Assembly: GCA_964016885.1 (NCBI GenBank)
Contig: OZ024744.1
Span: 37,696,001-37,760,000 of the forward strand
DNA length: 64,000 nt
Direction of reading: 5' to 3'
DNA from: Eledone cirrhosa
Lineage: Eukaryota
Shown here: positions 1-16,718 of the stretch, piece by piece
Numbering within the stretch: the stretch's first letter is position 1
Layout of the letters: every line of letters begins with the position of its first letter
Notes under the pieces: model-generated
Seen by the model: the letters and a program-made list of their open reading frames with translations, nothing else
Databases searched by the model: none
Told to the model about the DNA's origin: nothing
Made by a program: the position numbers and the translations under genes

Positions 1-35
1 TTACCAACTATAGACCTATCACATGTCTGCCCGTA

Positions 36-1577
36 ATGTGGAAACTGTTGACGAGCATTGTGTCTGAGGAAATCTACCATCACCTCCACACAAACAACTT
101 GTTGCCGGACGAACAGAAAGGATGCCGAAAGAAGTCACGTGGTACAAAGGACCAGTTGCTTATTGATAAGATGGTAATGGGGAATTGCAGGAGGAGACAC
201 ACTGATCTTGCCATGGGATGGATAGACTACAGAAAGGCATTTGACATGGTGCCTCATTCCTGGATCACCAAAAGCCTGGAGATCTTCAGGGTGGCAGATA
301 ACATCAGACAGTTGCTGGGCAGGAGTATGGGGTCCTGGGAGACAGAGTTGACATCAACTGGAGTATCCTTGGGAAGCGTGAAGATCAAGAGAGGTATCTT
401 CCAGGGAGATAGCCTGTCCCCTCTGTTGTTTGTCCTTGCCCTGATGCCCTTGACCATTATGCTGCGAAAAGTGAGAGCAGGATACAAGTTGGGAAGGGGA
501 GAGCTTACCATCAATCACCTCCTCTTCATGGACGATCTTAAGCTCTTCGGGAAAAGTGAGAAGGAGTTGGATGTGCTTGTTGACACTGTCCGTATTTTCA
601 GCAGTGATATATGTATGCAGTTTGGTATTGGTAAATGTGGAGTCATAGTGATGGGGAGGGGTAGGTTGAGCAGAAGTAACGGGATCCAGATACCAACAGG
701 TGAGATGATAAAGGAAATTGACTCTGAGGAAGGATACAAGTATTTGGGCGTTCTGGAGGCTGATGGCATAAAGAACAAAAAAATGAAGGAATTGTTAAGA
801 ACTGAATACATTCGGAGAGTAAGGAGCGTATTGAAGTCACATCTGAACAGCAGAAATGCCATAAGCGCAGTAAATTCCCGAGCTGTGTCTATTATTAGGT
901 ACAGTGCGGGAATTCTGAGATGGAATGTTGCTGAACAAAAAGAAATGGATAGGAAGACTAGGAAGCTATTGACTATCTACAACATGTTCCACAAGAGGAG
1001 TGGTGTCGATAGACTCTACCTAAGGAGATCTGAGGGTGGAAGAGGTCTTATCAGCATAGAGGACTGTGTTCAGATGGAGAAAAACAACCTATACAAATAC
1101 GTGACCTATAGTAAGGAGCCAATGCTCAGAGCTGTACTGAAGGAGGGGACAGTAGGCCAGGGGATATCCAAGGAGGAACTAACATCAAGGAGGAAGAGCA
1201 GCCTTAAGGGAAAATCCCTTCATAGTACCTTCTTTGAGAAAACTGAATTTAGAGATCCACAGACATGGAACTGGTTGAGAAGAGGAGACCTCAAAAAGGC
1301 TACAGAAGGAATGCTAATGGCTGCGCAGGAGCAGGCCCTCAAAACGAAGTGGTTGAAGCACCATATCTACAAGGAGGAGGCTAGCCCACTGTGCAGGATC
1401 TGTGGAGAGAGAGAGGAGACTGTGGCTCACATTGTGTCCGAGTGTAAACACCTAGCCCAGACCCACTATAAGGGCTGGAGACACGATGTGATGGGCAGGG
1501 TGATCCACTGGCACCTGTGCAAAGTAAACAATCTACCACATTCTGAGAAATGGCAAGAACCCTCCGATACGTCCTGA
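36..1577 (+). CDS. Reverse transcriptase / zinc-knuckle part of RLE-clade LINE ORF (interrupted at 1554)
   Basis: RT motifs FMDD and [10 protein letters not shown]; CCHC knuckle; reading frame broken by insertion of the element's own 3' end. Confidence 0.85.
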   Translation: MWKLLTSIVSEEIYHHLHTNNLLPDEQKGCRKKSRGTKDQLLIDKMVMGNCRRRHTDLAMGWIDYRKAFDMVPHSWITKSLEIFRVADNIRQLLGRSMGSWETELTSTGVSLGSVKIKRGIFQGDSLSPLLFVLALMPLTIMLRKVRAGYKLGRGELTINHLLFMDDLKLFGKSEKELDVLVDTVRIFSSDICMQFGIGKCGVIVMGRGRLSRSNGIQIPTGEMIKEIDSEEGYKYLGVLEADGIKNKKMKELLRTEYIRRVRSVLKSHLNSRNAISAVNSRAVSIIRYSAGILRWNVAEQKEMDRKTRKLLTIYNMFHKRSGVDRLYLRRSEGGRGLISIEDCVQMEKNNLYKYVTYSKEPMLRAVLKEGTVGQGISKEELTSRRKSSLKGKSLHSTFFEKTEFRDPQTWNWLRRGDLKKATEGMLMAAQEQALKTKWLKHHIYKEEASPLCRICGEREETVAHIVSECKHLAQTHYKGWRHDVMGRVIHWHLCKVNNLPHSEKWQEPSDTS

Positions 1578-1699
1578 ATATCTGAGGCTGCAGGTAGTGG
1601 CTTGATATTCAATCCAACGGACTTTCCAGTTAACCAACATCAATGACTGAGATTCAAGGAATAACAATAACAATAATAATAATAATAATAATAATAATA
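1554..1699 (+). mobile_element. Short 3'-end copy of the same Dong-like element with (AAT)n tail
   Basis: caagaaccctccgatacgtcctgaatatctgaggctgcagg... is nearly identical to 2145-2288. Confidence 0.85.
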
Positions 1700-2288
1700 G
1701 TGATGGACAGGGTGATCCACTGGCACCTATGCAAAGTAAACAATTTACCACATTCTGAGAAGTGGTATGAGCATAAGCCAGAGGCGGTGATAGAAAACGA
1801 TCAGGTGAAGGTGCTGTAGGATTTTAGGATACAGACGGACAATAAACTGGAACACAATAGACCTGACCTGGTGGTTGTTGACAAAGAAAAAAGATCGTGC
1901 CTGATTGTGGATGTGACCTGCCCATTCGACACGAGAGTGCAGGAGAAGGAGAGGGAGAAAATTAACCGATACCAGGACTTAAAGTGGGAGGTAAAAAGGA
2001 TTTGGAACTGCCATGAAGTCAAAGTGATCCCGATTGTCATAGGCGCACTAGGGACTATCTCAAAAAGTTTCCAGGGATGGTTAAAGAAAATTGGCCCCGT
2101 CACGCTTTTTGGAACGCTTCAAAAGGCATGCTTGCTGGGAACACCAAGAACCCTCCGATACGTCCTGAATATCTGAGGCTGCAGGTAGTGGCCTGATATT
2201 CATTTCAACAAACTTTCCAGTTAACTAACATCAATGACTGGACTCAAAGAGTAATAACAACAATAATAATAATAATAATAATAATAAC

Positions 2289-2955
2289 GATACAAAAATT
2301 CGAAAATTCTTAACCATGCACAGAATGCATCACCCTAAGGCAGATACAGATAGAATATATCTCCCTAGGAAAGAAGGAGGACGTGGGTTAATCCAGTTAA
2401 ACATTGCGTTGAAAACTGCAACAATTGGATTATCTACATATCTAAGGGAATCACATGATTGGATGATCAAACTCGTATTGAAACACGAAAGCATCTAAAG
2501 ATCATACTCCATTACAAAAGATGCACAAAGATACAATAATGGACTACAAATTTCAGAAGTCCCATTTACTGCTGAAATGGAAAACACAGAAAAAGCAAAG
2601 CAGGTAAAAGTAACTGCAAAGAAAGAACTGCTACAGAAACTGGCTAAGAAATGGCAAGAAAAGCCTCTGTATGGAAAATACCCAGAACGAGCTAACAATC
2701 CTGATGTTGACAAAACTTTAACCCATCAGTGGTTGGCATCCTCTGGACTGAAATCGGAGACTGAAGGACTGATTATATCAGCACAAGATCAGTGTCTGCT
2801 AACAAAAAATTACCAAGCCAACATAATAAAAAATGGATGCAGCCCATTATGCCGTGTATGTAAAAAACAACCAGAGACCATTGACCTTATCCTTTCAATG
2901 TGCAGTCCTATGAACATAAAGCAAGATAAATGCAGTTGTAATAATAATAATAATA
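2289..2955 (+). pseudogene. Second, divergent R4/Dong-like LINE fragment (post-RT region, CxxC) followed by (AAT)n
   Basis: HPKADTDRIYLPRKEGGRGL, LKSETEGLIISAQDQ and CRVC are paralogous to the first element; in-frame stop at 2496. Confidence 0.8.
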
Positions 2956-3104
2956 TATGTAGTAATAAACAATTGTGTTTTTAAAATTACGAGGGTAAAG
3001 ACACCAGGTTGGTTTGACAGATTTAACCTGAACCAAACGGAAAATACAGGATAAAAATTAAAATGGACTGACCGTTTCAATAACTATTTATCTCCGGGAC
3101 AGAT

Positions 3105-3180
3105 TAGAGTTTTAATCTGTTTCGCCTTAAAAATTATGTTTGTAAGAGATAATCCGTAGGCATCATCACGACAAACACCT
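3105..3180 (-). ncRNA. Degenerate type I hammerhead ribozyme in a PLE pLTR-like repeat (2965-3330; related copy at 11505-11700)
   Basis: Minus strand reads GTGATGA-tgcct...aggc-GAAAcagaTT; C3 is mutated. Confidence 0.45.
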
Positions 3181-3339
3181 AAGACGAGAAGCTACACTAG
3201 TGAATATTTCACCTCGTGCGCGAGACGTCCGAAGTGGCGTGAGGGGGTCGGCTAAAAATAATAGCCTAAATTCACCCAACTTATAAGCTCCCGAAGCTAG
3301 GGAGCCGAAATTCAAATAAAAGGCAGAGTTAAAAGCTCA

Positions 3340-3440
3340 TATTAATACTTTGCCCTTCATCATTACGGGATCAATGAAATAAAGTACCAGTAATGCACTG
3401 GGTATTTGCTGGCCTTGTGCCTAACGGAGAAACAATTATA
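3340..3440 (+). mobile_element. tRNA-SINE 3' fragment (Meta/MESC-type core)
   Basis: tttgcccttcatcattacgggatcaatgaaataaagtaccagtaatgcactggg matches 18535-18630. Confidence 0.7.
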
Positions 3441-3474
3441 TAATAAAATATGTAGTAATATTGTGTATATATAA

Positions 3475-6400
3475 TCTCTATATATATAAAACGGAAGATG
3501 TCTGTCTGTGTGTGTGTATGATTGTTATGCATTTACACATTTCTCTACCGATTTTGATGATTTTTTTTCCAATGTGCTCCAAATCTACCATGGATGGTCA
3601 TCGCGTAATAAACTTTGCCAAATATTTCCTGCTTCTATGAAAATAAATCGATAATACTATATACATGCTGTAACCCTCTCTCTTACACGCTTATTCACTC
3701 TGTCTACTACCATCAAAAATCTATGAAACTACATACATGTTGCAACTCCCTTTAAAGGGTTCATTCCTCCTTCTACTCCACTCTCAATCTCCTCTGCAAC
3801 TCTCTTTAAAAGGTTCATCCCTCCCTCTACTCCCCCCTCAATCCCCTTTGCAACTCTCTTTAAAAGGCTACAGCTTCCGTCTACGACCCTATCACTATTA
3901 CAATTTATAACAGCGATAAAACTTCTTTTCAAGGATCGCGACACAAACTTTGAAAACTAAGCAACACATTAATTTATACAACAAACATAGCTTTACTCTC
4001 TCCGTCGCTCTTCCCTCTCTCTAAAATAGATTATTCCCCCTCTCTATAATTTAACTGCTTTACTCTCTCCATGCTTCGAGGTTTAACACACCTCCTTTTG
4101 GTTTCTTAGCTTTACTCTCTCCGTCGCTCTTCCCCCTCTCTATAATAGATCATTCCCCCTCTTCGTTCAGGAACGCGAAATAAACTTTGATAACTAAGCA
4201 ACACATCAATTTATACAACAACAAACATAGTCATAACGATGCTCATACATCAAATAACAAAACTTAAAAGCCGATAGCACTAAATACATACTCCGCTCTC
4301 AACATTACATTATACACACTTACATTTTACATCAAATAACAAATATTCAAAAGCAACAGATGAATTTATAAAAGAACAAACGTAATCATAACGACGCTTA
4401 AGCATTCATTTACTTGAATCTCAACAAAGACATTATATTTTATTGTTGTCCTTTTCGTAATTTTTTTTCTTTGTTTTTCGCAATATGAGACAAACAAATA
4501 ATGAGAAAACTTTTTTCAGGAACCTCCGATTTCGATGATTTATTTTCCAGGGTGCTCCAAAATATCGCCCCTGTTTAAGTTCTTTTGTGCTATAACTCAG
4601 ACGGGCTTGGATTACAGGTTTGACCTATTATTTAAACAGTTGGCGGTGCACCTTGAAAACGGTCAAAGAGTCTACTTCACCACATCCACCGCTGCTGAGA
4701 TAGCAGAGGAACCCAAGGACACCACACTTACGGTATTTTGTAAGTTATGCCGAAACGATCACTTCGCCAAGACCCTCTTCTACTCTCAGGTGCCATCATA
4801 CTACACATGGAACTCAGACAACAGAATTTGGTTAAGAAGGGTGAAAGGACAACCCGTTGAGGGACATCCAGACATTAAAATGTCCCCTACCCTTGGGAAA
4901 GTGTACACTATTCGTCCTAACCAACAGGAATGCTTTCATCTCCGCCTTCTACTGCATGGCGTGGTAGGACTGACATCTTTCGACGATCTGAAAACAATCA
5001 ACGGAGAGCTTTGTACTTCATTCCGCGCAGCCTGCCTTAGACGGGGTCTACTGGAAGATGGCGCTCAGTGGGATGCGACATTTGTGGAGGCAGCTACAAT
5101 ACGCTCAGCGCAAACTCTTCAGCAACTCTTTGTGGTGCTACTGCAGACATGCGAGTTAAGCGACCCTGTATCCTTATGGAACAAATACAAAGAGGACCTT
5201 TCCGATGGATACATACACCAAGGACAACTGCTACTCCCTCATTCCGACGTACGACTCAGCGACGAATTCTTCAACAAAGGTCTCATTGACATCGAGGACA
5301 AAATCCTAACTGCCAGCAGAAATGACCTTCCATTCTATGGACTGCCAAAAGTTCAGTGAACGGGCTCGGACAAACTTCCGACGGGCATAATTCAGGAAAC
5401 TGCCTACGACGTCCACGCCCTCGAACTGTTCATCAACGAAAATGGGCCGAAATTGTTGCAGGAATAACGGCGGGCCGCCAAAGTGCGACAGCAAAAATGA
5501 ATCGCCCTGGCTGTGGCTTCTTCTGGGATTGCCGCAACTCTGCTGCCCGGAGGTAGGACAGCTCATTCCCCATTTAAACTACCATTCAACGCGACTTCAG
5601 ACGACACAATAACCTGCAATATCACCAAGGACTCTGACAAAGCAGAAGTCTTGAAAAGATGCCAGCTAATTGTGTGGGACAAATGCACAATGGCCCATAA
5701 AGTGTCCCTTGAGGCGTTAGACAGGACCCTACGAGACATCAGGGAATGCAACCGGCCGATGGGAGGAGTACCTCTACTGCTGTCTGGCGATTTTCGACAA
5801 ACTCTTCCAGTTGTTCCAAAAGCCACCAGGGTTAGACACTGTGGTGGCTTGCAATAAGTAATTTCCCCTGTGGCAGGAAGTGACAATCCTGACCCTCACA
5901 ACAAGCATGAGAGCCCAACTGCTCGGTGACCACTCAGCAGCCGACTTCTCAAAAGACCTCTTAACAGTTGGTGACGGCACTGCACCTTCAGATGCAGCTG
6001 GAGAAATGGCAGTCTCGCAAGTAGGCACCGTTGTCGACACTGTTGACGACCTCACAGCCTCTGTCTGTCTCGATATGGCCATCAACTACAAAAACACTGT
6101 GCGATAGAGCCATATTAGCTCCCAAAAATGTCTGTTGCAAAAATCAATGAGGACCTTCTGCAATGCATTGTTGGAAACCTCCATACCTACAAATCTGTGG
6201 ACACAGTTGTGGATAACGATGAAGTTGACGATTTTCCATCAGAATTCCTCAATTCCTTGGACCTCTCCGGACTGCCACCTCATGAACTGCGCGTCAAAGT
6301 TGGGACTCCAGTGATGCTGTTGAGAAACCTGGAACCGCCATGTCTCTGCAACGGAACACGGTTAGTAGTAAGAACCTCCTGCCGCATGTAATTAAAGCCA

Positions 6401-6886
6401 CAATTCTCACGGGCTGCGGCGCTGGAGAAAACGTCTTCATACCCAGAATACCATTAACTCCATCAGGTACGGAATGCCCCTGTACTCTGCACCGACTTCA
6501 ATTCCCCGTTATACTTTGCTTCGCGATGTCAATCAACAGGTCCCAAGGCCAAACGCTAACAACGGCATGCCTCCATTTAGGCCAGCCGTGCTTCTCACAC
6601 GGCCAATTATACGTCGCATGCTCAAGAGTCGGATGCAAGTAGAAATTATTCATACTTGCGCCCAAAGGCAGAACAAAAAATGTGGTCTACATAGAGGTGT
6701 GGTGACTCCTCTATTCAGCACCACTATAGTCTTGCCGGTCTGACATATGGTGAGTAGATGCTATTGTTGTATAATTTCAAACTTACCCGTATTTACTTTC
6801 AATGCCTCAATATTCATAATTGAGTGGAATCATTAAAAGTACTTTAAAGCAATTAAACTCCGAGCAACGCCGGACACTTCTGCTAG
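3475..6886 (+). mobile_element. Helitron, defective (Rep C-terminal part + PIF1-like helicase, frameshifted)
   Basis: A|TC 5' end; 3' hairpin ccgagcaacgccgg then CTAG|T; motifs QLAVHLENGQRVYF, ASSGIAATLLPGGRTAHS, GDFRQTLPV, LCNGTRL, FAMSINRSQGQT, FSHGQLYVACSRV. Confidence 0.92.
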
Positions 6887-6969
6887 TTTGTATATATATA
6901 TATATATATATATTTATTTATTATTAGCCCTCTCTCTCTCTCTATATATATATCATATCTATATATATA

Positions 6970-7085
<116 letters not shown>

Positions 7086-7328
7086 TACACGTAAAGAAAC
7101 TTTTTGCATGATATTTCTTTCATCAAGTTTTCCATTATTAATATGTCTTATATAACACAATTAGTTAAACAATGCAAATAACAAAGAAATGTAATGCGTG
7201 AATGAACTGTCAGAATTAATTATGCTTTCTTTAATGATACTAGCTGATCCTGTGAAAATCCTCTTGCTTAACAATCACGAAGTATTAAATATCAGTATAT
7301 CATTTGTGTACAAATGTTCTATTTGTAA

Positions 7329-10512
<3,184 letters not shown>

Positions 10513-10650
10513 TATTTATATATATATATATATATATATGTAAAGTTATATTTAAAATTGTTGGGTTACAACTAGTAAATATTTATAACTGATATAAAAG
10601 CACTCGACAAATACTTGGAGTATATTTACAATATTAAATATTTACAATAT

Positions 10651-10697
<47 letters not shown>

Positions 10698-11044
10698 ATA
10701 AATTAACGGAGCCATAGAGCTATGATGACCCATAGGCGATTCCATTTCAGTCAACAATTTCTTGGCGAATCAGATCTCTCTGGATTTGTACGCGTGTTAT
10801 ATAGTTATAGAGGTACGTATATTCATTTTAATTTATATTTTTAATTATTGTGTGTCTACCCTGCCTTCCATAGGTTATAGATTCCATACAGTGGTGGCTC
10901 CTATGTTTTATTGATGGCACGCACTCTCTCTCTCTCTAGTGAGTTACCCTTTCAACATATTGTATATATATATATATTTGATATGTATTTCATATATATT
11001 TATCCTTATCGACTTTGGATTTTTGTCTTCACATTTATTATTAT

Positions 11045-11104
<60 letters not shown>

Positions 11105-11222
11105 ATTTGAAGACTAAAATCCAAAGAGGGTTCGATAAGGATTAATATATATCAAATATATAAGAACCCTAGAGAAAATATTTATTAAAATAACAGATGA
11201 AATTTTAAGCAAAGAATCGCTA

Positions 11223-11279
<57 letters not shown>

Positions 11280-11416
11280 CAACTAGTTGTTATAAAATGC
11301 TCGTACCTATTCATTAGAATCTTGGAGGTTATTTTACGGGTGATATGACGCATGCCTTGTGGCATGACACCCATAAATTTGATTTAGATTAAATTCATTT
11401 TGATTTATCTTAATTT

Positions 11417-11505
<89 letters not shown>

Positions 11506-11887
11506 CTATTTCATCTCTCGGATAGAGTAGAAATCTAATCTGTTTCGCCCTGAAACAGATTAAATCTCTAACCTGTCCGAGAGATGAAATAGTTAATGAG
11601 ACATCTTGTATATCTATTCCATATTTCCGTTTACTTCAGGTTTAATTTATCAAACCAATGTGGTATTTCAACCCTCTTAATTTTAGACACTCAATTTACT
11701 GTGATTATTTTTACATATATTATTATATAATGCTCAATATTTATACTTTGACCTAGTTAATTACAGGGTATCAATATGAGTTAGTTACTCCGTAATTTAT
11801 TTGTATATATATATATATATATATATATAAAGACATTTTTTCCAACTCAAACCCGCCCGTCCCCTCAATCTATTTTATTTCTCATTG

Positions 11888-11928
11888 TTTCTTCTGATGA
11901 TAAAGGATTAGCGTTCGAAACGTTAAGC
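11888..11928 (+). ncRNA. Minimal type I hammerhead (degenerate stem II) in pLTR-like repeat 11830-12020
   Basis: tctt-CTGATGA-taaaggattagcgttc-GAAACGTT-aag; family copies at 15547-15585 (-) and 46154-46189 (+). Confidence 0.6.
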
Positions 11929-12039
11929 CCCTCTTCCTGCTATATCAAGCGTTAACCTAATATATACATTCCATATACTGTACCGATTGTGTTGTTATTT
12001 CTGTTTACATTTTACATATATATATATATATACAGAGTT

Positions 12040-12471
12040 ATCCACTGTAAGTTGTGGGGTCTATTCTGTATGAAGAACTCAATGTAATCCATATGTTGAA
12101 AATCTTGTGGCTTAAGATAAATCTCAGAAAACAGACTCCTACAAAACATATATAGGATCTAAATCAAACACATTTAAGAAAAGATTTTACGCACACTCTA
12201 GTAGTTTCAACAATACTAAACTAGCAAACACCACATCTTTAGCTGAAGCGGTAAATAATTATAAAAAGAAAAAAATAGATTTTAAGTTATCGTGGAACAC
12301 CATTCTACAAAAAACTCCATATCTTGGAAACAGGAGGGAATGCGGATTATGTTCAGGAGAGATCTTGGAAATTACTAAATCAAAGGACGATTTATTAAAT
12401 AAATGACAGGATTTGATCATAGTTTGTAATCACCGTATACGAAAAACATTTAAATACTATAAACCTAATTA
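12040..12471 (+). pseudogene. Penelope/Naiad GIY-YIG endonuclease 3' relic
   Basis: Translates YKTYIGSKSNTFKKRFYAH..TTSLA..LSW..CGLCSGE..LLNK*..CNHR. Confidence 0.75.
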
Positions 12472-12699
12472 AATATTCTAAATAGCAACTCACTATAATT
12501 CCGTATAGAATAACATTTATTAGTACCTCTTTCCCCTAATTATATGCATTCATGCTTATTTTTGCCTTTTAATGTTTTAGTTTCCTTAGATTTATGCGTT
12601 AATGAGTAAAGGCAACAAGATGCACAGCCACCTGTAATTGCATGAGTGAAAATAAACATCTAGGTATGATATGGAAATATATTTATGTGTGTATATATT

Positions 12700-12800
<101 letters not shown>

Positions 12801-13021
12801 CGAAGGAAATGTGGTAAGGAACCAGGTGGACCATAACGCACCATATCTCAGCCGTCGGGGTCCTACTCGTTCCTATATATATATATATGTGTTTATGTAT
12901 GTGTATATGTGTATATATGCTTGTATGTGTATGTGTGTATGTATGTATGTGTATATGTATGTAAATGTGTATATATATGTGTATATATGTATATAGATAT
13001 GTGTGTATGTATATATATGTG

Positions 13022-13054
<33 letters not shown>

Positions 13055-13226
13055 GTGTTGTATATGTATATATATATGTGTATGTATGTATATCTATATA
13101 TATGTATATATATATATGTGTGTATATATATGTATATATGTGTATATGTGTATCTATATATGTATGTATGTAAGTATGTGTGTGTCTATATGAATGTACA
13201 TGTTTATATGTATGTAAGTGTGTGTG

Positions 13227-13337
<111 letters not shown>

Positions 13338-13715
13338 GTTTACATATATATAAAGTCATAGATATATATGTGTTATGCAACGGGTCACGTTGTGGTTCAA
13401 TGAAGAATTAATAAAGTAAATAATCAGAGCTATATATCATAAAACATGTCTATAGAATCACTAGATAAGATATATACCATTTCCTCTCCCAATTACCAAA
13501 TTTACCATATAAAAAAATCAATTAGACCAAGCTATAAGAATAAAGGCTGCTATGAAGAAATCTCCGGCAAATAACCGAAAGCAGCCCCTTCGCGGCGGCT
13601 ACTACGGTGTATTTAGCGAACATTTCGACAGCATGTAGAAATCGACCAGATATACAGTCAACTAAACACAATTAGGTGTAAAATAAACTTAGAAGAAACG
13701 TGTACATATTTAATT

Positions 13716-13793
13716 ACCTCTACCATGGTTTCATCCGTATATTAAGACATCCGATAACAGGGAATGTCCAGCACTTCGGATTCATCAGGAGTT
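13716..13793 (-). ncRNA. Type I hammerhead with extended stem II
   Basis: Reverse complement reads actc-CTGATGA-atccg..cggat-GAAACCATGGTA-gag. Confidence 0.75.
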
Positions 13794-14072
13794 AGCTCAA
13801 AATTAGACAATTAATTTTCCAAAGTGATCGCGCCAAAAATATCTATATCTATGACTTTATATATATGTAAACCTTTATATGTAATAATCTCCCGTTAGGT
13901 TGAGATACAATTTGGCTATATTAGGCTGCGCTTTCTAGCAATAAGCCTACCCGCCGTAAGCAACTAATCACATCCTTTCTAACTTGACCGCTGCCACGTC
14001 ACGATTCTTAGCCACTTTTGAATGTATTTTTGGCGCGATCACTTTGGAAAATTAATTGTCTAATTTTGAGCT

Positions 14073-14150
14073 AACTCCTGATGAATCCGAAGCTCTGGAC
14101 ATCCCCTGTTATCGGATGTCTTAAAATACGGATGAAACCATGGTAGAAGT
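14073..14150 (+). ncRNA. Type I hammerhead with extended stem II
   Basis: CTGATGA 14078; stem II atccg/cggat enclosing the hairpin ggacatcc/ggatgtct; GAAA; palindromic stem III ACCATGGT. Confidence 0.75.
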
Positions 14151-14427
14151 AATTAAATATGTACGCATTTCTTCTACGTTCATTTTACACCTAATTGTGT
14201 TTAGTTGACTGTATATCTGGTCGATTTCTACATGCTGTCGAAATGTTCGCTAAATACACCGTAGTAGCCGCCGCGAAGGGGCTGCTTTCGGTTATTTGTC
14301 GTGGATTTCTTAATAGGAGCCTTTATTCTTATAGCTTGGTCTAATTGATTTTTTATATGGTTAATTTGGTAATTTGGAGAGGAAATGGTATATATCTTAT
14401 CTAGTGATTCTATAGACATGTTTTATG

Positions 14428-14463
<36 letters not shown>

Positions 14464-15351
14464 ATATGTGTACGTATCTGTATATGTATATGTATATATG
14501 CGGGTATAGGTGTGTAATGTATGGATATAGATATGTATGGATATGTATATATATGATTATATGCATGCGTGAGGATGTGTATTTAGGTTTGCATCTATTT
14601 GCACGTATGTATATTTTGGTTACATATCAATATAACTGTACCTCTCTCTATATGTGGTGTGAATATATACACTTTGTAGACTATGAAATTTATGTGCTTT
14701 AACTATGCCAACGTGAGTTTGATTGTTTATAAACATACTTAGTAATATGTTAGAGCGTATAATATGTTATATTATACTGAGTGCAATTTACCACACCGTA
14801 CTATATTCTGTTCGTTAAGTTCTTTATTAACGCATTACTATATCACATTATCTTATTATAATTTTCATCTTTTAATATACTAACTTTCCTAGCCATAACA
14901 TTAATTTATATTCACCTTAAAACTCAATACAACACTAAACACCATTTATTTTGATATTCCTTTTAAATTCACTATACAAGATACATTCAACTATCAGTTT
15001 GACAATCCCCTTCCTTCCTAATAGATTTTTATGCCATTTCTACTAACACCTTTCAACCATTCCTTTCAAAGGGTCATGACCTCAACTTAATTTGATTCGT
15101 TAGTTCTTCAACTACCTCCAAATATGGACATGATACTAATTCTGAGTAAAATTATTATTGAATAAAATTATTATTGCTTTTGAAAGCAGCTGGTGATATG
15201 CATGTAAGTAAATATTCTCTCTATCTGATAGTTTGTAAACTTACATAGATCAATTACTGAGTATAGATACAATGTATGATCACCATCTAGAAACGATCGT
15301 AAAGCAGTGAAGTATATCTCTAATGACTTGATTTTTTATTTCATTTTTTAA

Positions 15352-15389
<38 letters not shown>

Positions 15390-15469
15390 TATACACCCAT
15401 ACACCCACATATATATATATATATATGTGTGTGTGTGGGGGGGGGGGAGTATGTATGGTATGTAATGGT

Positions 15470-15850
15470 AAACAGAAATAACAACACAATCGGTACAGTA
15501 TATAGAAGGAATATATTAGGTTAACGCTTGAAATAGCAGGAAGTGGGTCTTAATATTTCGGATGATAGTCCTTCATCCGAAGAAGGAATGAGAAATTAGA
15601 AAGATTGAAGGGACGGTCGGGGAGAATTTGGAAAAAGATGTTTTTAGAGAAAAATACCAGGCCCATTCATGTTGCCATCTATTTATACGTATGTAGGTAT
15701 ACATATAACAAACGGCACAGTTTATGCAAGAACTATATTAGTTTAACGCTTGAAAAGCAGGAAGAGGGTGTCTTAAGGTTTTATCAGCAGGTAGAGTTAG
15801 AAATAGAAGAGAAATAGAAAGAAAGAATGATGAGAGGAAGGAACGGAGAA
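15470..15850 (-). mobile_element. pLTR-like repeat copies (family of 11830-12020 and 46095-46280) with degenerate hammerhead 15547-15585
   Basis: Reverse complement reads cggatgaaggactatcatccgaaatattaagaccc..cctgctatttcaagcgttaacctaatata. Confidence 0.65.
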
Positions 15851-15924
15851 AATGAGAAAAAAATTGGCAGAAAAAAACACACGCACCTATTCAGTCGGCC
15901 ATCTTGATCATATATCCAACATCT

Positions 15925-16300
15925 GTTCATTTCATTACATCATCCCGTTATCCACATTTCAAATGCATCAAAAGTCGCTATTCAACAGTTATTCAATGTG
16001 TACTCGCCAGCCAGGAGGTCAAATGCAAATGACAGTATAATGTTTTTGCGTTTTTTAAATGTCTGATATTGGAGATGTGTTTATATTTCAATGCCCATCA
16101 AACATATTCTTCACGGACTCTAGAACTGGCAAGTCTGACGACACCCGGGTATTATTAGATAGTCGATGTTCGCTATTGGATATGGACAATTTTTCCGGTT
16201 CCTTGAGGGTTGAAGAATATTGATTAATCTATCTACATTCTTTATCGTTTATCTTCCGGCAACGATCGACTTTCCCCTGTCACAAATATTTTAGAGTCGA
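15925..16300 (-). pseudogene. Degenerate RTE-type LINE fragment
   Basis: Minus-strand translation resembles ..AFEMW.. from the RTE post-RT region. Confidence 0.4.
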
Positions 16301-16305
16301 TAAGT

Positions 16306-16440
16306 CTATGGAACATCATCATCATCATCTATATTTGCGGAACATCATCATCATCATCTATATGTGGAACATCGTCATCATCACCTTTATGCGGAGCATC
16401 ATCATCACATATATGCGGAGCATCATCATCATCTATATGT
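16306..16440. repeat. ~24-30 bp minisatellite (tatgcggarcatcatcatc)n
   Basis: About 5 units visible. Confidence 0.75.
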
Positions 16441-16655
16441 ACAATGTGTATGATATTGCAAGAGCAGTGTTGAAGAATAGAAGGGAAAAATGGAGTTATT
16501 TTTAGCAACATGATAGCTATAAAGAAGTTGCTTTGTAAAACTGAAAAACCAATATTTTCAATGGAGGTTATTCTTAAAAAATTGACTCAAATTTTCTGGT
16601 GATATATATATACAATGATATTAAATAATGGAAACTATATTTATAAAACCATATT

Positions 16656-16718
16656 TATTTTATTATATATATTTCAAGGGTACCAAAACACTTTGGTACG
16701 CTTTCTTCAGATAAAATA
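16656..16718 (-). ncRNA. Type I hammerhead, intact core
   Basis: tattttat-CTGAAGA-aagcgtaccaaa..tttggtaccctt-GAAAtatataTA-ataaaata; perfect 8-bp stem I. Confidence 0.8.

Larger units (their letters stand above)
1..2288 (+). mobile_element. R4/Dong-like non-LTR retrotransposon (RT + CCHC + restriction-like endonuclease), cut by window start, with (AAT)n tail
   Basis: ORF 36-1577 has NYRPITC upstream, DYRKAFD, QGDSLSP, FMDD, YKYLG, then CRIC-x7-H-x4-C and RHD. 1766-2176 encodes RPDLVVVDK..IVDV..EKINRY (PD..D..K RLE motif). 3' UTR then (AAT)n at 2252-2288. Confidence 0.9.
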
